A stretch of 64,000 nucleotides of DNA. Source: Chiloscyllium plagiosum (Eukaryota). Positions 37,596 to 51,700 of the stretch are shown in pieces. Below the pieces are notes generated by a model that worked only from the letters and a program-made list of their open reading frames with translations, made no database searches and was not told the origin of the DNA. Each line of letters opens with the position of its first letter. Position 1 is the stretch's first letter. Made by a program: the position numbers and the translations under genes. The stretch covers positions 13,242,586 to 13,306,585 of the forward strand of contig NC_057733.1 in the NCBI RefSeq assembly GCF_004010195.1. The letters are read 5' to 3'.

Positions 37596-38302
37596 ATATA
37601 ACAATGTCAACAAAGTTTATTTTGGCTGGAAGAGCTGTTTCCTCATTAGAAATATCCTACAGTAAAGTTTACAACTGTTGACTTCAATCAAAATACAGTA
37701 TCTAATTCACAATAACATTATGTTACAGAAGGACATACCCTCCACTCTGGATATACAAAAATACACTTTTCCAAAACAAAGTTGAGTAAATCCATCAGGC
37801 ACAGCAAACCTGTTGCTTTCTGTTAGATCTATAGCATCTGCTGTAAAGGATGAGCTTGTTAGACCCTGCAATTATGAAATGATCCTAAACATTGTTGTAC
37901 ATTTATTGCAGATAGAAATTTTGAGATCTAAGACTTATTGCTGCCCATGATATCAAACATAATAGTGTTTAGCTCAAACTACCAAGGCAGTGAAAACAAC
38001 ATTGCAAAAATGTTTCAACATAGACAAAATGCTGAAGACCTGTAGTGTGGTTTTGATTTGAAACCTTCTGATTCACAGAGGTCATATTGACACATACATT
38101 ATAAAATTAACATAATTTAGTATTAATTAAAAGTTAAATTAAGTACAAAATAGAGAAAAGTAATTTTCTTTCGCATATCTAAATCAGCTGGACTGGTAGC
38201 CTTGAAGAACAAATAAAAACCATTTCTTCAGTTTTAGGTTCAATCCATTTCAAACTTGTTCAAAGCTCTTTGCTTGGTCCGATTGTTGGTTTAATCTCCT
38301 GT

Positions 38303-38432
38303 TTAAATGGTGTTCCTGCAGTGATCTGGCCAGGATGCTCGTAGCTCTTTATTGATGTAGTAATATAGCCATGTTATGAATGGCAGGACTGTAATGAGAA
38401 CTGCAATGGAAAGTCTGAAGCCGCCGAGATGT
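38303..38432 (-). CDS. TMEM220: TMEM220 last coding exon (spliced CDS 525 nt, 174 aa)
   Basis: gtgcag|(K)HLGGFRLSIAVLITVLPFITWLYYYINKELRASWPDHCRNTI*; C-terminal INKE.R.SWP.HC motif; exon lengths sum to 525. Confidence 0.93.
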
Positions 38433-41005
38433 CTGCACAATAGAACAGAATCTTATTCATTTCATCTCTATCTGAGATTACACAAAGGAATAATACTCTA
38501 AGTAATACATTTGTTGGCTGAAACCTGTGATTCAGTGATTTCTTTTTAACTAGATCACTGGGAGCTGGAATCTACACCATGACTCAGCATAAATATTCTA
38601 GGTTCTCATCAGTATGAGCCATTATGATCATGCAAATATTGTTGAGTGTTGTTTTAACTCAACCTCTTCACATACACTTCTGATGCAGTGAGACCTGAAC
38701 CCAGATTTCCTGACTCAGAGGAACATTACCACTCCACCAAGATAATCTACAAATTGCTGGCTTTATTTTTATTCATTCATGGGATGTTGGCATCACGGCC
38801 TGGAATATTGTTTGAATTTTTCTTAAATTCCTCTGGAGCAGTTAGGATTTGAATTATGATCTTCTGCCTCAGAGGTCAGCACACTACCACCACACCACAA
38901 GAACCCTCAACTTGTTGACTGCATTAACTGAAGTTGAGTACATTCGGCAAAGGACGTTTATTTTGATGGTTACTTGAGCCCACATAAAGAGACGCCACCA
39001 GCACAGGATCAAGTGAAGTCAGGCGATATGTAGCTGTCAGCTTTTAATTAGACAAATTCACGTAGTGAAACGTGTGTTTGGTTTCTTTAATCACCGACTG
39101 ATTTTCAGGATCAAGAAACATTCATCCTATAGATTTTCACGTGTTCAAGTTAATGGGGAAGCACTTTGCCTTTTAAAGTATTCCTTTCTGCATTACTATT
39201 GTACTTTAACATATTAGAGATTAACATTCACAGTGACCTTCAAAACCTTTAAAATGTGGGTCAACGTCTACGTTGAGTATCAACTCATCCAGTGTGGGTA
39301 ATTACCATTTTGAAATGCTTCCAATGTAAAGATTGGGCATGAGTTTGGATTTTTCTTAAATTAACTGGTTCGGAGATGTCACAACACATTTTTGGAGCAG
39401 ATGGGATTTGACCATTGACCTCCTGCCTCAGACTGTATGAAATGAGTTTAAGTCCATACAGATGAAGGCATTTATTCAATGATTACTTCACCTTATATAA
39501 AGGAACAGTTACCAGCACAGGCTGAGATACAGTGCAGTCAGGAGACACATACCTTTAATGTTTCACTCTGTGAATAACTCTATTCAAAGACTGTGTTTAA
39601 TCACCAACTGGTTAGTCTTGTGCATCTGAACAACACAGTCTGTATCACTGGCTTGATCACTTAGGCCCAGCTATAAAGCTACTGGTAAATAAACATATAT
39701 TGAGGGGGATAAAAATTGAAGATGACTATTCAGACAAGAATGGCATGTTGTGACTGAAAAGATTGGGCAAATTAGAATTATTCATTTAGTATGTGCAAAA
39801 AACTGGAAGAAGGGATAGACTTATACACCAAGATTTATGGGTACATTCATCAAGAATGCACATGGAAATGAGATGGGCTGCAGGCTGACTGCAGAAAGCA
39901 CAGGGAGAGAGGGTTCTCCAACCAAACACAGAAACCAAATGATTTGACAATTCTTCCACAGATACAGTTTTGTAATCAGTAATCACAAAATGATAAATAT
40001 TGTGTCATATATCTTTAAGTTATCCTGAAACTGGAATCACTCATTAACAGATATCACAGCCTTCCAAGTTACAGGGCTGAGCTATTTGTCTATTTTGTGA
40101 TTTGAAAGTAGCAAGACAATCATCAAACAGAGGAGCTACAATAAATATCTCATATAAACAAGGATTCACATTTAAAAGAAATATAGAATGAAATAAACGC
40201 AAGTTCAATATTTTAAAAAGTCAATAGAGGCAACTGACTTTCTTGAGCGCAATATGTGTCATTATTCTCAAAAATTAAAATTCACAATTATACAACATCC
40301 CATGGCCATAAGAACCACATATATAAAGCATCACACATTTAAGTGCAGCCAGCTTGTTGTATTGGTAAACCCAATACTCAATTTGCACACAACAAGAATT
40401 GGAAAAAAGTTATGGGTGCATTTGCTTCATTAGAGGGTGCCAGATTTTGCTGCTTATCCGGTTGTATTCCGTACAAAATCACAATGAAGCTGAATGATGG
40501 AATAAGTGAAATTTAACTCATATTTCCATAAATGCAGGAGAGGTAGTTGCATTTTTGAAGGACTAGTGGATACCCACTGGGTAGTCTGTGGTTTGAAACA
40601 TCTGCAATGTTTAGCATCTAGTCTGGCCCTTTAAGATCAACATGACTTTTTGTATAACAAACAGCAGTACTGGAGGCAGAACACAATATTATTATCCTAT
40701 GAAACTGTCCTTCAAATAAGACCAATGAATCTGAATGAAGATTCGTTGATGAGGTGACAATATCTTAGGGTCCAATTGCTCTGAAGGATGAAAGCTTCCA
40801 GATTCATAGTTAGCTGCTTCCTCTATCTGTGGCAATGCTATATTAGAAAGCATAAGCTCGTGGTCAGCCAGTCTGAAACAAAAAACTCCTAATTTTGGAG
40901 ATTTTGGACAGAATATCATTGGAATGAATACATTTGATAAAATCTAGAGTATGAATTATTCAATCTGTCAGACGGCTTGTTTGAAAGATATTGAGCTGTA
41001 CTCAC

Positions 41006-41065
41006 TTCCCCGAATGTCGACACAAAAGAGTCCAAATAACGATAATAACTAATCCCAGAAACTCC
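41006..41065 (-). CDS. TMEM220: TMEM220 coding exon 5
   Basis: cacag|(R)EFLGLVIIVIWTLLCRHSG(K)|gtgagt; 60 nt. Confidence 0.92.
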
Positions 41066-41474
41066 CTGTGAGACAACCACAGTAACAAAATTAGTACGAA
41101 ACAACTTTGTGACTTAAAGGTAGCAAAACAATTATTGAATAAATTTTATAATGAGATCTCATGTAATAAGGAACTTATAACCTCGTAAACTGAGAAAAGT
41201 TGCAGAAGTCCAATGTAAAAAAGGACAGCATTCACACATACTGAACTTCTTCTCAAAGTTAACTCACACCAGCATTTAGAGAAAAATAACTTGCAATTCA
41301 ACATCATCTCATGTCCTTGGGTCAGTGCTAAGCACTTTACTGCTTATTAAAGTGCAGCTACTTGTTTTACAGGGGAACCCAACTGGGACATGGCACAGTC
41401 CCACAAATAGTAGACTAACCAGACAGACCTCATTCAAACACATCATCTGAAAAATGACATCTCTGACAATACAG

Positions 41475-41698
41475 GGAGAAAGTGGGGACTACAGATGCTG
41501 GAGATCAGAGTCGAGAGTGTGGTGCTGTAAAAGCACAGCAGATCAGGCAGCATCCGAGGAGCAGGAGAATCAATGTTTCGGGCATAAGCCCTTCATTAGG
41601 AAGCTGTTCCTGGTGAAGGGCTTATGCCCAAAACATCGATTCTTCTACTCCTCCGATGCTGCCTGACCTGCTGTGTTTTTCCAGCATGACACACTCGA
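41475..41698. mobile_element. Palindromic Penelope-terminus-derived insertion
   Basis: Same inverted arms; GACAATACA repeated on both flanks. Confidence 0.75.
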
Positions 41699-41916
41699 CA
41701 ATACATCACCTCATCATACTATAGTGTAACCCTGGAATACATGACATTTCAGATGTTCACAATCTTTTTATCCACAGTTGCAAGTGGTACTAAGTGAGCC
41801 AAACTGAAGATTAACAGCAAAGTTACCCAGTCTACTGTGTAGATTGCCAAGCTGTAGAACACCATTAGCTGGATATTAGACCAGGGAGCATCAAGCTCTG
41901 TCAAAGAATAGTGCAT

Positions 41917-42234
41917 TTAGATTAGATTCTAAACAGCATAGAAACAGGCCACTTGGCCCACCAAGTCCACACCGACCCTCCTAAGCGTAACCCATCCAGA
42001 CCCATTCGCCTACATTTAGCCCTGACTAATGCACCTAACACTACAGGCAGTTTAGCATGGCCAATTTACCAGACCTGCACATCATTGGATTGAGCAAGAA
42101 TACCGGAGTACCCAGAGGAAACCCACGCAGACCCGGGAATAGCCCAAGGTGGGGATCGAACCCGAGTCCCTGGAGCTGTGAGTGCAGTTGTGAGTCCCTG
42201 AGGCAGCAGTGCTAACCATTGAGCCACCATGCCG
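41917..42234 (-). mobile_element. HE1-type SINE
   Basis: Antisense head GCAGCAGTGCTAACCATTGAGCCACCATGCCGC and TTAGATTAGATTC tail. Confidence 0.8.
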
Positions 42235-42779
42235 CATGTCTTGCAAAGATCTAAAAGGGCAAAAATATAAACTAAGTGACGGCATGTGGGATTAATTTCA
42301 CTTATAAAGGATATTTAAGGTGGAAAATGAACCAACTGTGATTGATTATTGCTGAAAAGAGATCTGTTGCCAAAGCTCTTCAACTTGAACTGATCAGGAC
42401 AAACACAAGAATGCCAAATTTCAAATGATCACAGCTATTCATGTTACAGAGGAGAAAGGTGCTTGGGGGGGCGGGCGGTGGGGCTGGGGGTGGCACGAAT
42501 ACTGATTGGTTGAGGTGTTGGACAAATAACAGGGTTCCACAGGCTTCCTGGGAAAAAGGCACAATGTTTGAACATATTTCTTTTGTTTGGAGAGAATCCC
42601 TTCAGTATAAGTTGAAATCTGGCATTCTTACAAACACCCTCCTATGTGCAAGATGGAAAGCTTCGGCAATGTTTCTCCTTTCACAATACTCAAACACGCT
42701 TGCTTTTAAATGAGTGACTGACGTGAGGGGAAATGTTATTGATTGTGTCAGTAATGTTGTGAAAATGGAAGTTGTGTAC

Positions 42780-42903
42780 CGTCCTTCCTCCTCTTGGAAA
42801 ATGTTGTTTGTTGAAGCTTGATGAAGCCGCCAACCCCACAGGATTCCTACCATGGAACACATGTACATGTGCAATTCTGAGAGACTTCTCCAGATGAAGT
42901 TGT
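42780..42903 (-). CDS. TMEM220: TMEM220 coding exon 4
   Basis: ttgtag|(D)NFIWRSLSELHMYMCSMVGILWGWRLHQASTNNIFQEEEG(R)|gtacac; 124 nt; EEEGRE motif. Confidence 0.92.
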
Positions 42904-45526
42904 CTACAAGAGGTTAGAAGGTAAAAATGATGATGAGAGACACAAGAGCAACATTTCAGATAAGCAACTTCAAAGTCTATCCCATCTCTTTCACTGCTGC
43001 CACTGGAATGGATGAAAGACCTTGCAATTACATAGGATCCCTTTCACAGACTTGAGACACCCAAAACCATTTCTCAGTCACTGGTGTGTCTTTGACATGT
43101 TTGCGGTCTTGTAATGAAAGGAACTGCTGCTAAACCATTTGTCCACAGGAAGGTCCCACAAATGATAATATGATAAATGACTGATTCATTTGTCTCAGTG
43201 ATAGTGATTAATTAGTTAAAAGCTGCTGCACATTTCAAAGGAACGTACCTGCTCTTCAGAACTATGCCATCTATGAAGGTTTAACTTCACATTTGAAAGA
43301 TGGCAGCAGTATCAGCTTAGACTACATGCTATATTTCCAGACTGGAATGTGAATCCACAATCCTCTGACCGAAAGACAGGAGAGCAGTAATGAGGCTAAG
43401 TATTATCCAGGTTGTTCCTCCCTTTACCAAGTCCATCAATTGTGAAAGAGTTGGGTTAAAAACATGGATCGGTGCCAGTGAACATTTGAGATGATTTTAA
43501 ACAGGACACTTAGTTCGAAACCCAAGAAGAATGAGAGAGATGACAGTGAGTATTCAATTGTGCTCTGAGATTCCGTAGCTGAATCAGATCTTCTGATAGC
43601 ACAGATGCTGTAATTTAAGTTTTATTTAAGATTAAAGGTCAACCCTGCATTCTTAAAAACCCAGGGGTAGCACACACAGGCAGTTATAGTTTGATCTTGT
43701 GTAGTTTGTGCAGTTAATGATAAATGCACAGAATAAAGGTGAGAGTTCCCACTCAGCTTAAAGACAGCAATCATAAGGAGAAAAGAGGTTGGAGGATTTG
43801 CCTAATTTGAGGCTAGAGGACAAAATCTACAGAATTAAAAGGCAGTTAGCCTGACTTGTTTGCAATTTGTAAGCCCTGAGTTCAGAAAGACAGAGAGGAT
43901 TTCTCAAGACTGTAAACCAGCTGTGAACTAGAGCAGAAAACCAACAAAATGCACGGTATTTTTAAAATTTTCTGTTCAAGGCAATATGTGGGAAATGTAA
44001 GGCTCGGTCCTGCATTGAAAAAGTCACAAATGTTTATAAGGCAACTGGGCAAAACACTGACAAGTTTCCAAGGAAGTGGACAACCTTCAAGAATCACATA
44101 AGTAGCCAAAGATTTTCTAAGGAGAACGATAAATGGAAAGGGAATGTTCAGTACAGGATCTCATTTTAAAGTGTAGCTGACTGTGTTTCATTGTGCTAAA
44201 GTAGTATTTTTTTCACACTGTTTTACTTGACATAGTTCATTTTACTTATTTAAATCATGGAATTTTAGAGCTTCATTCTTTTAACAAAGAAATGAGATTT
44301 TAAATTTCTTTTTAAACATTGATATTCTCTATGGGAACTGGAACACATGGAGATGTATCAATCCATGGAATTTGGTGGTAGATGGCAATCAGTAAGATAT
44401 TTCCATATTTATGTTTGATTTGATGCTCTGTGATTTCATAGTATCTATGTCAATGTTGAGGACCTCCAGGGTCACTGTCTCTTGACTCACTACCACTGTA
44501 CCATCATTTCTGAAATGTCTGCTCTGCTGATGGGATAAGATGGGAGCTGGTGATAGAGAACTCTTGGATATTAATGAACAAATATAATTCAGTAATTATG
44601 ACCATATCAAGATGTTGCTCAACTAGACTGTTGGACAATTTTGGCACAAGTCCCCAGAGGTTAGCGAGGAGGTTTTTTGCAGGATTGACATGGTTGGGTG
44701 TGGCCTTGGCATATCCGATGCATCAGTCAATACCAGGAAGCAGACCTTGTCTTGTTCTTTCCAAATTTTTGGTAGCCAACTGACACAACCAAGTAGCTCG
44801 CTGCCACCACTTCAAAGGGCAGTTTAGAATCAATCACATTGCTAGCAGTCTAAAGTCACATATTAGCCATACTGTTTAAAGATGACAGATCTCATTCAAT
44901 CAAGGACATTAGTGAATCTGATGGGTTTCTAATGACAATCCAGTAATTTCCACACCAACACCGAGATTATTTCATTTTGTTTCAGGTTTACTTAATTCAC
45001 TGAATGCAAATGCCCCAGCTATCATGACAGCAACTTATATCTTTGGATCATTCATCCAATCCTCTGCATTGCTTATCCAATAGCATGACCAGTACCTGGA
45101 ATACTCAATGCTAGTTCAATACATTTCTAATTTCTTTACCATTCTCTATTCTTTGCACGCAACTACTGAGTGTGCAAAAAGATAACTACAAAAACACCAA
45201 TCAAAATGGTATTACTGTGCAGGGAGGGCATTTGTTTTGGGGTCATTTGTAACACACATTGGCCAGAGAAATTGCCTAACATTGCATGTGAAACATAATA
45301 GACTGAAATCATAGAATTTGGAAGAAATTTCTCCCCTTGGTGATGGGATCAATGACCATGGACATAAATTTACAGTAAAGGACAGGAGATTTACCGAAGG
45401 TGGGGGAAAAACCTTTATCCCACCCAGAGGATGGTGGGAATCTGGGACTCTCTGTTTGTAAGGGCGGTAGAGGCAGAAGTTCTCATAACATTTTAGAAGT
45501 ATTTAGATGTGCACTTGTGATACCAA

Positions 45527-45724
45527 GGTAAAAACAAGGTCTGCAGATGCTGGAAACCAGAGTCTAGATTAGAGTGGTGCTGGAAAAGCACAGCAGGTCA
45601 GGCAGCATCCGAGGACCAGAAAAATCGACGTTCCTGATGAAGGGCTTTTGCCCGAAACGTCGATTTTCCTGCTCCTCGGATGCTGCCTGACCTGCTGTGC
45701 TTTTCAAGCACCACTCTAATCTAG
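45527..45724. mobile_element. Young palindromic Penelope-terminus-derived insertion with 14-bp target-site duplication and intact hammerhead core
   Basis: TSD ACTTGTGATACCAA at 45513-45526 and 45725-45738; near-perfect inverted arms; CTGATGA-A-GGGC-TTTT-GCCC-GAAA-CGTC at 45634-45661; sits within a CR1 remnant. Confidence 0.85.
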
Positions 45725-47347
45725 ACTTGTGATACCAAAGCATACAAGTGTTGGAAAATAGGATTAGAATAGTTAGGTGGCTGTTTTTGACTGTTGCAGA
45801 TTCGATGGGCAAAGGGCTTTTTTTCTGTGCTGTAAACCTCTATGAATCTATTCTGGGGATGGCAGGGCTTTGAACACAGAACTAAGGAAAGCACTTGCAC
45901 TGAATAATGTTCAGGAAATCAGAACCAGCATCAAAGGGAAACCTGACAACAGCTCAGTCACAAGCTGCTTAACAGGAAATGAAAGAAGATCACTTTTAGA
46001 CTAGAAGCATGAATGGGTCATCATCATTCAGGACAAATGACCATGTACTTAGAGAAAGCAAGGAACTGATAAATGTAGGAAATTACCTTTCAAGAATATG
46101 GTACAGGTTAAGAGTGGGCTAGGCGAAAATGAGTACTGCAGATGCTGGAGTTTAGAGTCAAGTGGGTGTGCTGGAAAAGCATAGCAGGTCAGGCAGCATC
46201 CAAGGAGCAGGAAAATTGTGTTTTGGGCAAAAGCCCTTCATCAGGAATGAGTGGGATAAGAGTGGGCTAATCAGGTTAGTTGCAGCAGCTAACCTCTTGG
46301 CAGAGAAATAACAAATGCAATAGGATATTTCCATTTTCCATACCAGTTCTGTTTACAGCTTTTCAGGTTTAGATAGCCAATTTAGTGACAAGGACCTGTC
46401 AGTGTTTCTTACCCTGTGGACATTATTACTGAAGCGAAAATTTCTCAGTCCTTAACACACTTTATAAGCATTAAGACCAAACCCTCACACTCGTCAAATC
46501 TGCATAAGAACATTCCACGACAACCAACATTTATATAACTTATGTGCATAAAATTTACTGAGGGGAGGCAATTGATCCAGAGACCCAGGTTCAAATCCCA
46601 CTACGGCAAAACGGTGGTATTTGAGTTCAATAGAGTCATAGTCAAAGAGATATACAGCATGGAAACAGACCCTTCGGTCCAACCCGTCCATGTTGACCAG
46701 CTATCTCGACCCAATCTAGTCCCACCTGCCAGCACCTGGCCCATATCCCTCCAAACGCTTCCTATTCATATACCCATCCAGATGCCTTTTAATATATACA
46801 AAAAAATCTGGAAATAAAAGTCTAACTATGACAATGAAACTATTGTCGATTGTAGAAAGCCCATCAGGTTTTCTCATCTTAGGGAAGGAAATTCTGGTTT
46901 ACATGTGACTCCAGACCCACAGCAATGACTCTAGGGTTTGGCAACAAATGCTGGCTGAGCCAGTGACACCCACATCCTGAGAATGAATAAAGACAAAATG
47001 TAGCCTTTTAAACTTATTAACTTATTAAAATGTACCAAGGAGCCTTACAAAAGTATCAGCAAACAAAATTTGACTCTGAGTGGCAGAGACAAACAAAAGC
47101 TTGGCTAAAGAGGTAGGTTTTAAGGAGCAACTTAAAAGGAGAGCCGTAGAGATGTGGGGAGAGATTTTCAATCCATGGGTCCCAGACAACTGAAAGCACA
47201 GTTGCCAACAGCACAGCAATGAATCTTGGAATATGCAAGAGGCCATACTAGGGAAGCGTAGGAATGGCAGAGGGCTGTGGAACTTGAGGATGTTGCAGTG
47301 TTAGGGAGGGTGGTAACACCATGAGATTTTTCATAAACAGGGACTAA

Positions 47348-48470
47348 TTAGTAAAGTTAGGTCACATGGGATTCAGGGTGAGCTTGCCAGTTGGATAGAT
47401 AATTGTCTTAATAACAGGAGACAGAAAGTGATGGTGAAGGGTTGCTTTTCGGATTGGAGACCTATTACCAGCAGTGTTCCACAGGGATCGGATCTGAGTC
47501 TTCTGTTGTTTGTCATTTTTATAAATGATTTGGATGAGAATATGAAGGCATTGTTAGTAAGTTTGCAGATGGCACAAAAATTGGTGGCATAGTGGATGTG
47601 ATAAAGGCTTTCTAAGATTACAAAGGGATCTTGATCAACTGGGTCAATGGGCTGAAAAGTGGCAGATGTAGTACAATCTGGACAAATGTGAAGCATTGCA
47701 TTTTGATACAACAAATACGGGTAGGACTTATATAATTAATGGTAGGGCCTTGGGTGGTGTTGTAGAATAGAGAGACCGAGGAGTTCAGGTACATAATTCT
47801 TTGAAATTTACGTCACATATAGAAGGAACCAAAAGGTATTTTAGCACGCTTGCCTTCATTGCTCGGTCTTTTGGGTATAGGAGTTGGGAAGCCATGTTGA
47901 GGTTGTGTAGGACATTGGTGAGGTCGCTTCTGGAATATAGTGTCCAGTTCTGGTCGCCCAGTTATAAGAAAGATATTATTAAGCTGGAGAAGGTTCATAA
48001 GAGATTTACCAGGATGTTGCCAGGAATGGGAGGTTTGAGTTCTAAAGAAAGACTGGGCAGGCTGGAACGTTTTTTGCTGGAGCGTAGGAGGTTGAGAGGT
48101 GACCATATAGAGGTTTATAAAATAATAAGGGTTATAAATAGGGTTACTGGTAGTTGTCTTTTCTGTAGGATGGGGTATTTTAAGACAAGGGGGCACATTT
48201 TTCAGGTGAGAGGAGAGAGATTTAGTAGAGACATGAGGGACATATTTTATACACAGAGGGTGGTTCGCGTGTTGAATGAACTTCCTGAGGAAGTGGTGGA
48301 TTTAGGCATAATTACAACAGTTAAGAGACATTTGGATAAGTACGTGAATAGGAACAATTTGGAACGATATGGGCCAGGAGCAGATAGGCGGAATTAGTTC
48401 AGTTTGGGATTATGTTGGCATGGACTGGTTGGACCAAAGGGTCTATTTCCGTGCTGTATGACTCAATGAG
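47348..48470 (+). mobile_element. CR1/HER1 LINE 3' portion
   Basis: SSVPQGS, LEYSVQFWSPSYKKDIIKLEKVHKRFTRMLPG, LERRRLRGD, KTRGH, FYTQRVV...LPEEVV; CR1 3' UTR. Confidence 0.92.
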
Positions 48471-48547
48471 AGTCAACACACAATCAATCTTTCAATTCAG
48501 CAGTAAGTATAATGGAGATGCCGATTTAGTGACAATATGCTATATAC

Positions 48548-48608
48548 CTGTGATTGGTGGATTCAACCCAACGAGGAAGGACAATGCAGCAGGGATTACA
48601 TAGGCAAC
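48548..48608 (-). CDS. TMEM220: TMEM220 coding exon 3
   Basis: caacag|VAYVIPAALSFLVGLNPPIT(D)|gtatat; 61 nt. Confidence 0.92.
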
Positions 48609-48740
48609 CTGTTGGCGAAAAGGGGTCAATTAAAGGTGATTTATAATGAGAGGTTCATTTGTGTTTTGCTGAACATCCATAAATACATGTTACTGGACAA
48701 TTCTTTAAAAAAAATCCAATCTATAATCAAACATACTTAC

Positions 48741-48770
48741 AATCCATATTCCTGCATCTGGATCATTAAT
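48741..48770 (-). CDS. TMEM220: TMEM220 coding exon 2 (30-nt micro-exon)
   Basis: tcacag|INDPDAGIWI|gtaagt; NDPD motif of the TMEM220 family. Confidence 0.92.
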
Positions 48771-51700
48771 CTGTGACAAATGAGAAAAACAAAATACGTT
48801 TTTGAAAAAAGGTTTTGAGGTGGAATCGTACAGAATCATAGAATTTTACAGTATTGAAGGAATGGAGATTCACAATTGTTGGTTGCTTCACTATTGAATT
48901 TCAATTACAATACAAGATGTGTAGTGTGCAAGATGAAATGATGCTAAAAATATGCAGCAACTTGTGGGTATTACCCTTCATTTCTGGGACCTGCACACTT
49001 CCTAGATATGCATAAAATTAAACTGTCATAAAGTCACTATAGTTCCAGAACACCATAAGGCTGCTCTCTCAATACAGAGAGAAGACCGGCTGTGAGTTTA
49101 ACCAGAGGATCACCAGGCCTCAGTCAGGGGCAAAGGTAGGGAAGGTGGGACATTCATGGTGACCCTCAGCCAATACTGTAATTGAACCTTCACCGTTGGC
49201 ATCAAACTGCACCGCAAACCAGTCTAACCAACTGAGCTAATCAACCTCCAAAAAACTGCCAGTAATAGTTAAGATGCTGAAATGTAAGCAATACACAAGG
49301 GGAAACAGTAGGGTGTACTGTTTACCTTATAGTGAGGAGACCCTCAGTACATGCAAAGTACAGCAGTGTATGTGTTGATGGTGTTGCCAGCATAAACAAT
49401 TTAAACCTCATAAAATTGTAATTACATACAGAGTGGTGTTTAATTTTGACTTCTGGGCTTTTCATTACCTTTAAATATCAATGTCCCACATCATTTTTTT
49501 CATTTTGCCTGATAAAATACATATTACAATTATAAGTCTAACTAATAAAGTAATTTTTAAACTACTGACTACATCTACATGGGTTGCATTATAATGGCTT
49601 ACAATGTACTGCACTAGCAGTGTTTCAGTGCCAATAAACATGACAAATGGTTATTAAACATCAAAAATAAGAGCTGGGAGTGGGCCATTCAGCCCTTTGA
49701 ATCAGCTCAACCACTCAATATGATCATGGCTGATCATCCAAGTCAGTACCCTGTTCCCACCTTCTTCACAGTTCCCTTGTTCCCTTTAGCCCTCAGAACT
49801 GTACCTAATTCCTTCTTTAAAACATTCAATGTTTGGCCTCAACTGCTTTCTGTGGCAATGAATTCCACAGGCTTACCACTCTCTGGGTGAAGAAATTTCT
49901 CCTCCTCTCAGAGCTAAAGGAGCATCCTTAGGCTGTAACCCCTGGTTCTGGACTCCCTGGTCATTGGGAACATTTTCCTGTGTTTACCCTGTTCTGTCCT
50001 GTTAGAATTTAAAGCTTTCTAGAGATTTCCCTCTCATTCTTCGAAACTCCAGTGAATATAGTCCTAACTGATCCAGTTCTCTCTCCCTATTCCTGCAGAT
50101 TTCAAAAATACTAAGGCTAAAAGGTTATCACTTTTTCACTAAGTTAAATTATCGTGAACTCACTTGAAACATTTCTGTGGTAAGTGTCATGTCTATAATT
50201 ATTAATACCGGACACAATCTTGGCCTTTTCCTTGCTAGAATGTTGATGTCACAAAAAAGATGTTGTAATTTAGGAACTTAACGTTATAAAGGATCAGATT
50301 GACACAAATAAAGAAACAACATAAGGAAAATATGTGGGCTTCAGATGATAGTTTTCCTCAGTGACTAATGTTTTTCTGGCCATGGACAGAAAAAGCATTA
50401 GTCATAAAATTCCCATCCATCTTTTCAAATTGCTCTGTAGTCTTGCCCTCCCTATCTGTAACCACTTTCAGTATCACAACCTTTCCAGTTATCTAATTCT
50501 TCCCTCTTCAACAACCTCCATTTCACTTGCTTCAGCTCCTGGGTCTAAGGTTTTGGCATTCCCTTAAAACTCTCTGACAAAGTACCTACCTCGCATCCTT
50601 CATTTGTGATGTTCCTTAAAAATCTACCTCTTTGACCAAGCTTTTGCTCACTTGCCTTTAATGTTGCCCTTTGTATCTTAATTTTCTTTTTGTAAAATGC
50701 CTGCATGCAATAGCTTGGGATACTTAATGTTCAAGGTGTTATATAAATGTACAGACACTATTGTCTGGAAGTGTGTTGTCAAATCTTCCTCTGTTTTGCC
50801 ATAATGTCAAACCTGACTGAAAGCATCATGCTACATGAGTTGCATTACAATGGCTCATGGTGAGCTTAGTGTACTGCACTCGCGGTGTTTCAATACCAAG
50901 AAAAAAAACGACAGTTACTAAACATCGAAAATAAGAGCTGGAACAGGCTATTTGTTCCTTCAAGCCTGCTTGCCATTCAACATGATCATAGCCCATCATA
51001 CAACCTAGTGCTCTGTTTCCACTTTCTCCCATAGCCCCAATCCCTTTCACCCGAAGAACTATGTCTAACATCTTCTTGAAAACATTCAATGTTTGAGCCT
51101 TAGCCCCATGCTGGATGGCAGTCAAGGCACAGCCTAATGAGTGTTAGGGTCAGTTTCTGTCTCTGTAATTGCTGCGGACAATAAGTCTATTGTAACTAAA
51201 TCAGTGCTAGCCAAAAGCCAAGGGCCAATGTATTCCATCAAAAGGAAGTAAAACTGTCAAATAGGAAAGGACTACACGTCAATCTCAACACAATGAGGAA
51301 AGACACTGGCAAAAATGTTGAGAATTGACGAGATAATAAGGAATGTGAATTAAAAAATATAACTGCAAGAGTAAATCTTATTGCAGTTTGCATTAGACAT
51401 GTTGACAAAGTGCATATAACATTATGCAGCCTGTTCATAATACATTCCAGAGGTACTACAGAATAGCTAATAAGCCAGAATTATTTCAGAAGTTCACTGT
51501 TCACCAGACTTTGAACTGCAAATATGCATGTCAATGACTTCGGTGTCATCAGAACTTTCTTCAAAAGGTACATCTGCACAAAAACCTTGGTTATCCAGAA
51601 AAAGCAGCACCCCAACCCCCACCACAATATACTTTCAGTACCCTGTCAATATCAGCTTTGTGTCTGGCGTTGTAATGAACCATGGTAATGTTCTGTACAC

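Noticed and set aside
42466-42491. G-run tract with G-quadruplex potential in TMEM220 intron 4
   Set aside because: Short low-complexity tract on the template strand with no other support.
47801-48397. 198-aa plus-strand ORF as a host gene
   Set aside because: It is the CR1 ORF2 C-terminus with a non-ATG start; upstream RT is frameshifted.
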